In this document: one piece after another, positions 52,186 through 64,000 of the stretch
Numbering within the stretch: the stretch's first letter is position 1
Layout: every line of letters begins with the position of its first letter
Assembly (NCBI RefSeq): GCF_009834535.1
Contig: NC_045697.1
Coordinates: 4,094,001-4,158,000, forward strand
DNA: 64,000 nt
Direction of reading: 5' to 3'
Origin: Camelus ferus
Taxonomy: Eukaryota
Notes under the pieces: model-generated
Told to the model about the DNA's origin: nothing
Databases searched by the model: none
Seen by the model: the letters and a program-made list of their open reading frames with translations, nothing else
Position numbers and translations under genes: made by a program

Positions 52186-53349
52186 GTTTGGGCGCCCCTG
52201 GTTCAGGCTCCACCCGGGATTCCCAGCCCGCCCTTCAGCCAGGATCAGGAACTGGACAGGCTTGGCTCAGATCCCACTCTGCTCCTTAAGACCCATGTGA
52301 CCTTGAACAGGCTGCCCTCCTGCTCTGAGTCTCAGCCTTCCTGAATGCACCACATCAGGTTAAGGAAGGCTTCAGGTCAGCCTCCACCTGCCAGGAGTCC
52401 ACACAGGTGGGGTGTGTGTGTGTGTGTGTGTGTGTCTCCAAGACCATACCCCTGCCCGTGCCTTGGGTGAGCCCCAAACTTACCAGCACATCCCCAGGGG
52501 GCACCTGCCATGCTGAGCTCACACTGCACACCCCACAGTTACCCCTTGAAAACCACTGGCTGCTTCTTGCCTCCCAGTCTGTGCCTGTGCCGCTCCCTCT
52601 GCCTGGACAGCGTTGTCCCCTTCATCCTGGCCAGCTTCTAGTCGAGCTCCCCGAGGTCCAGGGCTGGGTCAGGTGCCTCCTCTGCTCTCTGTTCCCGCTG
52701 AGTTTGCTCTGACCCATATCACCTTTTGTGTACTGCACACAGCATGGTCTGGGCACATAGGTAGACACTTAGTCAATTTGGGATAGATGGGTGGATGGGA
52801 AAACGGATGATTGAGAGAAAAGGAAGGAAGCACGGGTGGAAGGAAGGGAGGGAGGGAGATAGGAAGGAATACGTATACTAGATGTGTGGTTGAGTGGATG
52901 CTGGCTTGATGACTGGATGGATGGAAGGACGGATGGTGATGGCTACACTGATGGATGAACAGTCTTTATCCCAAGGGTGAAGCCTGAAGTCCAGGATGTG
53001 ACTTCAGCAGAGCCCAGTGAGATAAAGGGCAGGTCCCCCCCCCCGCCATGGCGTCAGTGAGAATGCTCTCAGGCATTGAGTGCCACACCCCAGGGGATAT
53101 GAGGCCAAGTAGGGCGAACCAGCTGGATCCACCTTCCCCGTGGTAGGGCGCTCTGCAGAGGGCAGAAATGAAAGCAGCCCGCTGGCAGTGCAGCCCTGTC
53201 AGGAGGGGGCAGCCAACGGCCCTGATCACCATGGGAGCCGCAAGAATGTGGGCAGGGGTGGTGTTGTGAGGGGGGTGCAGGGAGGAGGTGACCTGGGGAA
53301 GCAGGTGGCTCCAAGGACGGTGCTGGACAGACCACCTCTGCTCCCCCAG

Positions 53350-53447
53350 GAGGCTCCAGCCACCCTTCGCCAACCCCCGGAAGCCCCACCATCACCATCC
53401 ACCCGAAGGAAATCCGGACCTTCTTCATTCATTTTCAAAAGCAGTGA
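53350..53447 (+). CDS. MAN2B2: MAN2B2 exon 19 coding part (C-terminus)
   Basis: ccccag|[34 protein letters not shown]. Confidence 0.93.
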
Positions 53448-53568
53448 GCCCTTGGCGGATGTGTGGCCTCAGGATGCAGAGGACGCAGCGTGGAGGGGTG
53501 AGGGGTCACTGCCCATCTGGCAGGCCTACGGCAGGACATGGATGGAACTGGGGTGTTCTGATCTCTTC

Positions 53569-53574
53569 AATAAA
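53569..53574 (+). terminator. Polyadenylation signal of MAN2B2
   Basis: AATAAA about 120 nt after the stop codon. Confidence 0.75.
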
Positions 53575-54729
53575 CATTGCATTGAGGACCTGTTTCTTCC
53601 CCTGCCCCCCAGAGCCAGCCCTCCCTCTCCTCTCCTCTCATGTGTGAGAGCTTCACACAGGCTCACGTTCCTTGTTCATTTCCCAAAGTCAAAGACGGGA
53701 GGTTCTCCCAGAGGCAGAGGAAATACAGGGTTACCAAAATGCATCTGCCTGCAGGCTTCGCCGGGTCTCACCAAGGTCACCAGTGATGACTGTGGCCCTG
53801 CTGCGTGCAGGGGGCCTTCACAGGCTCATCCCAGGCTGATGACACCCCTGAAGGGTGTGGCTGTGCCCACTGGACGGGGGAGGGAGCTGTCCACCCCAGA
53901 CTCCTCCCCTGCCCCAGGGGGACACCTGCCACCTCCTAGCTCAGGCCACCAGGAGATGAAAGGAAACCGCATAGCACATGAAATGGGACACCATTTATAA
54001 GAATTATTAACAACAAGAAATGTGTATGTTCCACTCCCAGATGTACGTCCAAAGGACTGGGAATATATACTCTCCAGGAAATATTACTGCACGTTCACAG
54101 GCACATTCTTCACATTCATCAAAGGTGGACACAACTCAAGTGTCCATCAGATACCTAAATACACAAAACATGCCATATCTACACAGTGGAATATTACTCA
54201 GCCATAAAAAAGAACAAAGGCCACTACAAACATTATATAAGTGAAGGAAGCCAGACACGAAAGGCCACATGCTGTGCCATTCCATTTCCATGAAGTGTCC
54301 AGAAGAGGCAAATCCACGCAGGTTGAAAATAGAGTCCTAGTTCCCGGGGGCCGGGGGAGGACAGAACAGGTGTGACTCCTGGCAGGTCTGGGGTGTCTTT
54401 GCGGGGTGGTGTGATTGTTGGAGAATTAGATAGTGCTGAGGGTGGCACGGTTTTGTGAATGCACCAAAACCCGCTGAACTGTGTACTTGGAAAGTATGAG
54501 TTTGATGGTGTGTGATTACATCTCAGTGGCAAATATTCTGGGAGAGTCAACTATGAGATGCAAGGAGGTCGTATGGTCCCCAGGGCTGAGGGATGTCCTG
54601 AGGGAAGGACAGACTTGGAAGGACTCGACCTCCTGGGAGAGGGTGGCCTGTGACCACCGGACAGCAGAGTCCTTCTCTGGTCCGGCCAGTGGGAGCTGCT
54701 CTGGAGCTGCGGGCAGGGAAGGTCCTGGG

Positions 54730-55460
54730 CGTGCAGATGGGAGCAGGCCACGGGCGACCGGGGACACGGGGCGCGGGGAGCCGGGCCGCAGGGGCGGAGG
54801 CCTTCGCCGCCCGGGGGTGCCCGGGGCCCGGCTGCCGTGTCGGGCAGGCCGGGCTGTGGCTGCGGAAAGGCCAACCGCGCTCGCGGCGAGGACGAACTCC
54901 GTCTCAGAGGAATTCCGCCGACGGCCGGGAGCAGGTGACCGGGGCGCGTCCGGGGTGACGCCGGCAGCCGGCAGAGGGCAGGAGCGTGGCGCCTCGAAGG
55001 CCCGCGGCGCGTCTGGGGCGTGCGCGCTGCAGGGGGGCGCCGGCACGCGCCCCTCGGCGCAGCCCCGCGCCGGCCGTGCGGGGCCGCGGGGCCCGGGAGG
55101 GGCGGCCCGGCCCGAGGGAGGGGCCCCGCTCGGCCTCGGCCCGCCGGGCCCGGAGACGGGGCCTCCGGTGCGCCTGCGCGAGAGGCGCGCGCCGCCCCGG
55201 CTCTGGGCCGCCAGCCGGGCGCGAGGGGGGCCGCGAGAAGCCTCTGCGCTGTCGGCCCGCTGCCTCTTCCGGGCCCCCAGGCGGCCCTCCTCGGGCCGTG
55301 TTGGGAACAGCCCAGGGAGGGTCCGGGCCGGGTTCTGTCCCGTGTTTAACCTCTCCCGGCACAGGCCCTGGGGCGGGAGCGGGGGCCTGCGGAGGGTTCT
55401 CGGCGTCGTCAGCTTTGCTGTCGCAAAGCCTCACGTGACGAAGGAGCAGCAGAACCTCCA
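54730..55460. promoter_or_regulatory. CpG island about 1.2 kb downstream of the MAN2B2 polyA signal
   Basis: Very GC- and CpG-dense; TCACGTGAC at 55431-55439 and GGGCGG boxes. Confidence 0.75.
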
Positions 55461-58019
55461 CTGTCCCCTGCAAACAGGAGCTCCGTTCAGGGCCCTTCCC
55501 CCCGAACCGTCACTGTTGTTCCTGGATGTGCTGGGCTCCGTCCTGAGTGCTTGACACCTGGGGTCTCCAATCCCCCAGCAACCAGCGTGCGAGGTCAGGG
55601 TTCTTGACTCCACGAGGACAATCCAGAGTCTTCCTCTGCTCCCTGTGGGCTCTGCTCGCCGCTCCCCAGACTGCTGTCTCCCCTCCTCCTCTGCTTCAGC
55701 CACATCAGTCTTGTGGTTCCTCTAAGGCACCAACCACAGCCCCACCTCAGGGCCTTTGCACCTGCCATTCCCTCTGCCTGCAAAGCTCCTACCCCAGTGC
55801 TGCCCGGCTCCCTCCCTAGTTCCATTCAGGTCTCTGCCCAAAGGTCCCTTCCTCCTCTGTCCACTCTAAGCAGGGTGTCAGCCCTGCCCACCAGTCCCTC
55901 TCTGCTCCCCCCTCCCCACCTACCCCCAGCCAGGCTTTCTCCTTCTCCAAGCCCTCCGAGCACTCGTCAGTATGTAGGGGGGTTACCTGTCCACCCATGT
56001 CCTGTCTGTGCCCTCCCAGCAGGTGTGAGCTTCACAGAGGAGAGACTGCTGGGCTCCCAGGCAGAGCCGTGTCCGGACATGCCTGGTCCTTGGTCACCAT
56101 TCAGTAGATGCGCTGCAGCCGCAGTGACGAAGGGGCTCTGTGACTTTCCTTCAGTAGAAGAGTGAGGATAGGAAGGTGGGGGTCCCCCTCGCCCATCTGA
56201 CCCCCCCTTGCAGGTCCATGGCCTTGGACTGACCATCCCTTGGAAAGGGTCCTGTGCGCCCAGAGGGGCCTCTGATACTGTGGCCCCTCACCCTGGCCCC
56301 AGTTGTCCCCAGGAGGGGCCCCCAGAGCCTGGTCTCAAGGTTCTGTGTGACCAGGGGGAAAGGGAAGCTTCATCTGCACTGAGTCCCGGGATGTGGCAGG
56401 GCCCCACCCCCAGTGACTACTAACCCGAGGTCCTGATGGTTCACCCCTTCTAGGCACCTGTGGGTGAGCGGAGCAACAGCCCTGTGGTGGGGGCAAACTG
56501 CTCTCATGCATGGTCATCTGGAATCCTGCAGGGAAGCGAGGGAGCTGGGTATTAAGGGGAATAAAAGCTGATATGGGAACAAGGGTCACATTAGCTCCAC
56601 CTGCCACAAAACCATCCAACACCCCCACCTGCCCCCCACAGGGAAGCAGGGCTGAGACGCCAACACTGAGTCCTCAGAGTGTGCACCTCTGAGGAGAAAT
56701 GATCATCCTGACCCAAGGTTCTGTTGGGTCTGAATAATTAACTGCAAACTATTCAGTGATCTGGGATGAGTTTTCTGCTAAATGTCTGCCCAAACTCTGC
56801 TGTCCCTTGTCTGCGCCCAGGATACTGTTTCCTGAGTGCCACACATCAGCCTGGCTGTAGCCATAAATGTCATTGGCTGGTTCTGGGAACAGATGAAGCC
56901 ATGGCAAGCCGGGCCTTGACTGTGGGTGTGGGGCTGGAGTCGGGCCCTTACTGTCCAGGAGATGCTGATGGACACCCTGGTGGGCGACAAGACCAGCTCT
57001 CAGGACTGGCCAGGGAGTCTCTGTTGGGGTCCAAGGAGCCTCCTGAAATTTTCCTGAGGAGAACCACATGAGCACCTGCACGAATACATGGGCTCATGTG
57101 TGTTATCACCATTGACCCTGTGGCACTTGGATTCATTCCTTGACTAGCTAGATCGCCTTTGGCACTGGGCTTGCTGCTAGCGAAAGAATCATTGGGGGGA
57201 AATTACATGATCCTGGTCCTAGAGAGGAAGGCATGGCCACTGACCCATTTTGCAGACGAGGAAACTGAGGCTTAGGGTGGCGGAGGAGCCTCAATTGCAT
57301 TTACTGCTACCCTGCCTCTGTGGCCAGCAGTCTGCCCATGAATGCTGAGACACTGGCCTTCAGAGTGGACTCAAGGCATCATTTCCAGGTTCTCCCATCG
57401 GCCAGTTCTAGGAGGTGGGCTGATTGACTCCGGCTTCTTTGTCTTGTTGGCCCTGGAGCCCAGCATGGGGCTGGCACATAGCAAGTGCTCAGAAATCACT
57501 TTCTGATGAATACATAAGGAACCAGAAATTGAGGGGGATTTGGTCTGAAAAAGAGATGGCTGGGGACCACCTCTGTCCTTCGGGTCTGAAGGGCTGCCTG
57601 AGCAGTAAGGATGAGCATGGGGCGGTTGGGGGGGACAGACGGGACAGAGTATTTCCCTCCAGGTAAGAATGACGCTCCTGCCTTCGGAGCTTCTCAGCGC
57701 TGGAACCAGTGAGCCGGGCCAAGCCTCAGCCTGCTGAGCCCGCTGGCGAGCTGGATGTGGGGGAAGAAAGAAGACGACCAAGCTGGACTCCGGGGGTGGG
57801 GCCTGAGGAAAAGACCAGCTGAGAGAGTGGGGATGCTGGTGAGAAAGAAGACTTAGGAGAAGAACCGAGACTCCCTCTGTGGTCACTTCAGATTGCGACG
57901 CCTGGTGTCGCCATCTAAAACAGTGTCAAGTCCCAGGTGGGGAAGGAAGCCAGGAGCTCAGGGACAAGGGCTGGGCCTCGGTTTCCTCAGCTGTCATGGA
58001 ATTCCTCAGCTGGCTCTGG

Positions 58020-58540
58020 GTGCACTGAATAATATTCCATTGCCTGGACATAACCCCACATTTTATTTATCCAGTCAGTAGTTGATGGACATTCGTGCTT
58101 CCATTTTTTGGCCATTATCAATAATCCTGCCATGAACGTCTGTGCACAAATTCTTGTTTGGACAAGTGTTTTTGGTTCTCTGGGGTTTATACCTAGGAGT
58201 GGAGTTTCTGGGTCATAGATAATGTAACATTTACCTTTTTGAAAACCTTTACCAAACTCTTTTCTTAACGGCTGTGCCATTTTAAATTCCCGCCAGCAGT
58301 GTCTGAAGGCTCCATTTTCTCCTCATCCTCACCAACATGTCTTATTTTTCTTGCTTTGATTTTAGCCATCACAGGAGGTATTACATCTCTCACTGGCATT
58401 GGGGTTTGCATTTCCCTGATGACCAATGACATTAAACAATTTTTATGGGCTGTTGACCATTTGTCTTCTCTGGAGAAATGTCTGTTCAAGTCCTTCGTCT
58501 GTTTTTTAATTGGGTTGTCTTTTGTTTTTATTATCTGCTT
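58020..58540 (-). mobile_element. LINE-1 3' fragment
   Basis: Minus-strand MNRHFSRED...SLVIREMQ and YDPETPLLGINP peptides. Confidence 0.85.
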
Positions 58541-59859
58541 TTATACATGAAGACAAGGATCAGAGAGGGTGCTTGCCCCCAGCCACACAGCTGAAAGGAG
58601 GGAATACAGCGTCTGAAGCCCAGTGGGCCTGACTCAAGCCCTGTGCCCCTTCTACGCGTACATGGGGGACTGGTGGTTGGGGCCGGGCCAGGCCCCTACT
58701 CTGGGGATCCCCGTGAGCTTCCTACCCAGTTGCTTGGGGATGTATCCATGACCTCTGTGGTTCTCATCTAAGCATCTCTGGGGATGTGACCAGGAGGTCC
58801 TCAGGTCACACTCTGAGAAACACAGGTTCCTGGTTGGCCACAGGGCATGTGGTTCTTGACCCAAGAACATGTGGCCCTGGGTATGCCCTGGGCTTGAGAG
58901 CAGAGAATCCTGGGTCCACCCTGCAAGGCCGCTGTGTGACCGTGGGCCACCCCCTCTCTGAGCCTCCGTTTCCTTACCTGTGCAGTGGTGAGAGAGGGAC
59001 GGGATTGGGCGTTGCTTAGAAAGCCATTAGGAATGATTGGGGGACACTCACTGTTTTCACACGTCTGTCTGTCTGTCTCCCTCCTGGATCGAGATCCTCC
59101 AAGGCAGCAGAGCCAAGTGGAAGAGGCCCCGAGGGAAACCTCTGACACCCCTGATGGCTGACTCATCAGGGATATCCTATAGCATCAGAAACACGGGCCC
59201 CTAGGGGCCACCTGGTCCCTCTGTTCATGGTGCTGAGAGCTCCCACCGTTAGCTGTTGGACCTGCACTTGCACAGAACTCAATGCTCTGTCTGCCTCCTA
59301 CACCCAGTGCCCCATCTCAGGCCCCAGGAACACAGGGCAGGAGTGGTTGAGGAGGCGCGAGGGGATGCCGGGGCAGGCAATCCCAGAGGAGCTCTGAGGC
59401 AGATGCAGTGGGGCAGCACGAGGGCTTGGGACCCTCAGAGTGGGGTCCTTTCGCACCTGCCCCCAAATGCCGGCTGCGGGGTCAAGTCACCTCCCCAGCC
59501 TCAGGGCCTGGTCTCCAGAGAAAGGGTCAGCAGTGATGGGGAGAGCTCCGAGCATGCTTGGGGGTGCGTTCACTGTGAAAAGTTGTTAAAAGGATAAGCA
59601 GCCCCTCTCTGGGATGCAGCTGGCTTGCCTGCAAAGAGGGATGGTTCTCCCCAGATGGATGTGGGTTTGCTGCAGCTCCGCTGTCCATACAAGAAGTCCT
59701 TTGCATGGTCCTCTTTGCAGGCTGCAGAGCGGATGGTCCTGGAGCTCCCAGAGTCCCCCGGGCCAGGGTTCTGGGGCTGTGTTGGGGGCAGTGGGCAGCC
59801 AGGAGCCCGCTGAAGTGGGTCCTGAGGACCCCTGCCAGAAAAAGGTATCTCCAAAGCTG

Positions 59860-60245
59860 ATATGAGTTACGTCCCCCCCAAAATATACGGTTAAGTCCCA
59901 ACCCCTGGTACCTCAGATAGTGACCTCATTTTGATAGGGTCATTGCAGATGTAATTAGTTAAGATGCAGTCAGGCTGGATTAGGGTGGAGCCAATCTGAT
60001 ATGACCAGTGTCCTGATTAGAAGAGGTGCACTTGCAGAAGGCCATGTGACAGTGGAGGCAGTGGTCAGTCAAAAGGCTGCAGCCACAGGGTGAGGAAGCA
60101 GAGGGCTGCCGAGGGGCAGGTCCGGAAGGACCCTCCCGACAGGTCCCAGGAGGAGCGTGGCCCACCGACACCTCAGCTTCAGACTTCTAGACTCCAGAGC
60201 TGTGTGTCACTACTTGGTTACGGCAGCCTTAGGAAGCTGACACAA
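59860..60245 (+). mobile_element. MaLR (MLT1-like) LTR
   Basis: gtccccccaaaat...gggtcattgcagatgtaattagttaagatg...cagacttctagactccaga...gttacggcagccttaggaagctgaca. Confidence 0.75.
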
Positions 60246-60859
60246 ATGCCCACTCAGGTCGGGCGCCCAGTAGGTTGATAAATGTTTGCTGAAGGAATGA
60301 TGTGTATCGAGTGCCTCCTGCAGAACAGGCCCGGGACTGAGGATCTGCTGAGAGCTGAACCTTCTGCGTTCACTCCTCGCTGGGCACGGCACTCTGGAAA
60401 GCACCTCAGGGCAGCCATTCACTTCAACCACAAGGTGGCGCTCTGAGGCCAGCACTAGCGCTGTTCTCGTTTTCCCGCAGAAGACCAGGACGGAGAGCGA
60501 CGAGCCACCGGCCAGGGTCGCGTGAGCAGCCCTAAGTCCAGAGCCTTGTCCAGCCAGGGCCACAGTACTGCCTCCTAGCCGATTGCACGTCATACAGTAG
60601 GTGCCCAATAGATGCTCCAGCTCTATATGTGTTCACTGCTTTTCCCCAGCAGTGCTGAGAAGGCTCTGGGATTCTGTAAGAGTCCTTGGTTTTCAAATAA
60701 GAGAAGGGTTTTGCTTTCTCACCACAGGCTACCGCAGCCTCTAGTTTGCTGCCTGAGATCCAGTGAATAAGGGCTGATTTAATTCTACCTTTGAAATTGT
60801 CGCTTCCTCCAAGAGGCCTCTCCCCCAGCAGCCCCCATCTGTGTCGGTATCCTCTTGGA

Positions 60860-61287
60860 GCTTGAGTCGTGTCCTCCCAAAGAGATACGCTGAGGTCCTA
60901 ACCCCTGGTAACTTTGAGTATGACCTAAACTGGAAATGGGGTCTTTGCAGATGGAGCCAATTCAGGGTGGGCCCTGTTCCAACGTGAGGTGGATAAGGTA
61001 TCCTTCTAAGGGGCACAGAGACCCACAGGAAAATGCCACATAATGACGGAGGCAGAGATTACAGTGGTGCATTTACAAGCCAGGGAACACCACGGCTTGT
61101 CGACAGCCATTGGATATCGAGGGAGGCCTGGAAGAGACCTTCCCTGGGCCTCCAGAGACAGCGCAGCCCCGCAAACACCTTGATCTCAGACTTCTGGCCT
61201 CCAAAACTACGAGAGGATAAATTTCTGGTGTTTTAAGCCACCCAGTTTGTGGTCCTTTGTTAGAGCAGCCCCAGGAAATGAAAATAT
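60860..61287 (+). mobile_element. MaLR (MLT1C/D-like) LTR
   Basis: gtgtcctcccaaagagat...ggaaatggggtctttgcagat...gacttctggcctccaaaactacgagaggataaatttct...tttaagccacccagtttgtggt. Confidence 0.8.
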
Positions 61288-63360
61288 ACCCCAAGTGGCC
61301 TATGCTCATCCTGTTCCACCCCCCCACCCAGCATATTCTAGAGCTCAGCCGTTGGACCTTCCATCGGAGTTCAGATGACACGGATACCCTCCCCTCCATG
61401 CGTTACATCCCTGTGTTTGCAGGGCAAGAAGGTGCAGTTCTAGAAAAATCAACGTCTCTGGAGTCAGACAGTAGTGGGTTTGGGGCCCCCCAGGTACATC
61501 TCAAGCCACCTCTTCCGTAAAAGTGGCCACATTGGTACTGCCTTGAGAGATGTGAGGATTAAGTGGGACAGATGTGCAAACACCTGGACAGTACCCAATT
61601 CTACCTGGTCATCAATAAACGCTTCTTGAATTGACTTGAATAGAATAACAAATCCCTTGGGTGGGGCAGTGCATTCAATAGATAAAATTAAATGTCTGTT
61701 AATTTCGTAGGCTCACAAAATTGAAAAGATTAAGTGCACAGTATTTTAATCTGCTATTTACACACATTGGAAAAGAATAGCTCCATTATACCAGGTTTTG
61801 TACTTTCTAAAAAGGAAAAAAAAGTCAAAGGGAGGTAAGTTATTTTTTCCTTACATGAAATTAATCCACTGCTCACTGACATGGTCCTGCTTTTGTGTTC
61901 CTCAGCCTCCTAAATACAAGAAGCCCAATTTATCCACCACATCTGCATTTGAACATTTTTAGAATACCTTCAAATTATTGTTGTTATGATTTATTTTCAC
62001 CAGAGATTTGCAAAATATTTACCTAAGCTATTTTGTACTGCAGGTGAGTCATTCAGGGAACGGATGGGCGGTGTCTGCAGAGTGGGTGCTGCCCTACAAA
62101 ACTAAGCAGGTAGGGAAGAGCTGGGGCATGCGGGTGCAAGCCTCCTCCCTCCAGGGGAGTCCCTCCCACCCCGCCAGGGCTTCCCCTGTGTGTAGCCTCC
62201 CCTGAATCCTCATCGCCCGGAGAAGAAAGCTGAAGCTCTTGGACTTGGCTGGGGCGCCCTTTATGAACTGGCCCAGCCTCGTCCACTTTCACGATGCACC
62301 TGCCCCTTCACACCCACCTCGATTGCTCCAGTCCGGTGATGAGTGGCTTGTAGCCGCATAAACAGGCATCCGTCTGCACGGCCTGGGTACCATTGCCCCT
62401 CCCTCCAAATTCTTGTCCATCCTCCCATTTCCTAGGAAGCCTCTCTTTTGCTCACCTCCCCGCCTCCTCCCCATCTATGAGGGTCCCTCTGGGCTCACCC
62501 AGCCTCCACTCCACAGATCCTGGAAGGCAAAAACTCTTTGGACAGACCCCATCCCATCCCAGTGCCTGTTTGTTCCACCGAACTGAAAAACGAGGACTCC
62601 AGTGATGCACTTACTCACTAATATCTGAGGTCCTCAAATAGGACATGCTTTTTAATGAAAGTTTACTAAATATTTGTGAATGAGTAAGTGGGCAAGTGAG
62701 CTCACGAATCAGGTGTTCTCCTTTGGAAGATTTTCTAGCCCTAAGATGTAACCAAATTACACTAAATGCAGTAAGTCTTTGTAAAACCTTCAGGTTGAGA
62801 GCAAATTTGATTACATTATTTAAAAAATTCCCCAAGATGCAATAAAGTGCAGTGAAGTCCTCTCTATACTGCTGACATGACCAGCTAATACTGTTAAATC
62901 AGAATTTTATAAAGCGTGGTTTTATTGGATCTGATTCCACTGGACTTTTTCGTAAGATGACACATTTGTTTTGAACTGAAGGGAATGCAACTGAAGCCTA
63001 CAGCTCTTAGGCACTTACCACTGGTCAAGAACATGCTGGGCGTTTTTATACACATTCTATTACCGTCGGGGATACCGGGCCCAAGTGATGCTTCATCCTC
63101 AACGTCTTCCTCAACAGTCATCACCATGACTGTCACCATCAACCTCAGGGAGTGTCAGTCACCACATGGGTGGAAGTCCTCCCTTATCAGCTGTGTGACT
63201 TTGGGCAGGTTAATCCACCTCTTTGAGGGGTCTAGTCAGGGAGCCTGAAAACAAGGCGACCTTTGTGCTTCCTTTCCGCTTCCCCACTCCCAAGTCCTGC
63301 GAGTACATGCCAGATACTCTGTGTGGTCCCTTTGCTCTGAGTTGTCAGGGAAAGGAAGAC

Positions 63361-63363
<3 letters not shown>

Positions 63364-63396
<33 letters not shown>
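63364..63396. repeat. (GA)n microsatellite
   Basis: Direct reading. Confidence 0.9.
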
Positions 63397-63402
<6 letters not shown>

Positions 63403-64000
63403 AATTACCTTACTGTCAACCCAGAAGATCAGCTGTATTACAGGACATAGATGTAGGGGCACCTGTTTCAAAACCAACCTCATAAAGACAGATGACAAAG
63501 TCCCTCTCAGGATGGGGAGATGACAAAAATCACCAAGAGAAGGCTCCAGGGAGAGCCCCTTTACCTGTTGGTGGCTGTTGGGGTCACCCATGTCCCCCAC
63601 TGGCTCTCACACAGCCTGAGAGTTCACTGGGCTCAGCAGGTGTCCAGTGCACAAGAGAAAGATCCTTGTGCTCGGGGGCTCCCCTATCGCCCCCGCTTCC
63701 TGGATTCCCCTGGGCTCTGCCTTGGAACCCATACCAAGGGTGTCGCTTCTCACAGTCCCCTTTGCAAACTGTTGTCCTCATTCATATTCCACAGCACATC
63801 CAGTGAATCATTTCCACCTCACTTGTGTTTTAAATCTTCAGCACTTTGTTCCTATTTTTATATTTTTTTAAATTGCCAGTTATTTGACACATACAGAGAT
63901 ATGTCATAATGCGTGTGATTATGGAGCAGGGTGATAAAAAAGTCGAAACAGCAAGGAAGTCTACACGAAGGCCAGACCCTTATTCTACGTGCTCCTTCCT

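Larger units (their letters stand above)
18539..53447 (+). pseudogene. MAN2B2: MAN2B2 (epididymis-specific alpha-mannosidase, GH38) gene model, 19 coding exons, frame disrupted by two +1 insertions (young pseudogene or sequence error)
   Basis: Exons translate in order to recognisable MAN2B2 peptides ([86 protein letters not shown]) with GT-AG introns. Exon lengths sum to 2984 nt, i.e. 994 codons plus 2 extra bases. Gene identity is near certain; the confidence reflects pseudogene status. Confidence 0.6.

Noticed and set aside
54730..64000. Expected downstream neighbour MRFAP1 (adjacent to MAN2B2 in human)
   Set aside because: No MRFAP1-like peptide appears in the ORF track or sequence; the region is repeats and non-coding DNA.
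1..64000. CRISPR arrays, tRNA/rRNA genes, prokaryotic-type systems
   Set aside because: Eukaryotic intron-exon DNA; no regularly spaced repeat-spacer arrays or recognisable structural RNA genes were seen.

Overview
Mammalian genomic DNA, probably an artiodactyl. I saw no Alu, B1, Bov-tA, PRE-1, CHR-2 or CanSINE elements, so a camelid is a plausible guess (inference only). The window holds a complete 19-exon MAN2B2-type gene (epididymis-specific/lysosomal alpha-mannosidase, GH38) on the + strand: ATG 18539, TGA 53445-53447, AATAAA 53569-53574. All introns are GT-AG and the catalytic motifs are intact. However, two single-base insertions (about 40160 in exon 10 and about 44590 in exon 13) break the reading frame, so this copy is either a young pseudogene or carries consensus errors. 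Removing them gives a 993-aa protein. Upstream, 7969-14669 is an inverted copy of 49930-56586 containing MAN2B2 exons 17-19, the polyA signal and a downstream CpG island. That copy ends at a 100-N gap on one side and in a truncated L1 on the other. Identity between the copies is mosaic (near-identical blocks alternating with roughly 88-90% or unalignable blocks), which suggests a second, head-to-head MAN2B2 paralog with gene conversion, or an assembly chimera. The remainder is typical repeat content: L1, L2, MIR, MLT1 LTRs, an ERV LTR, MER20, Tigger1 and simple repeats. I found no evidence of an entirely new kind of system beyond this duplication and possible pseudogenisation.
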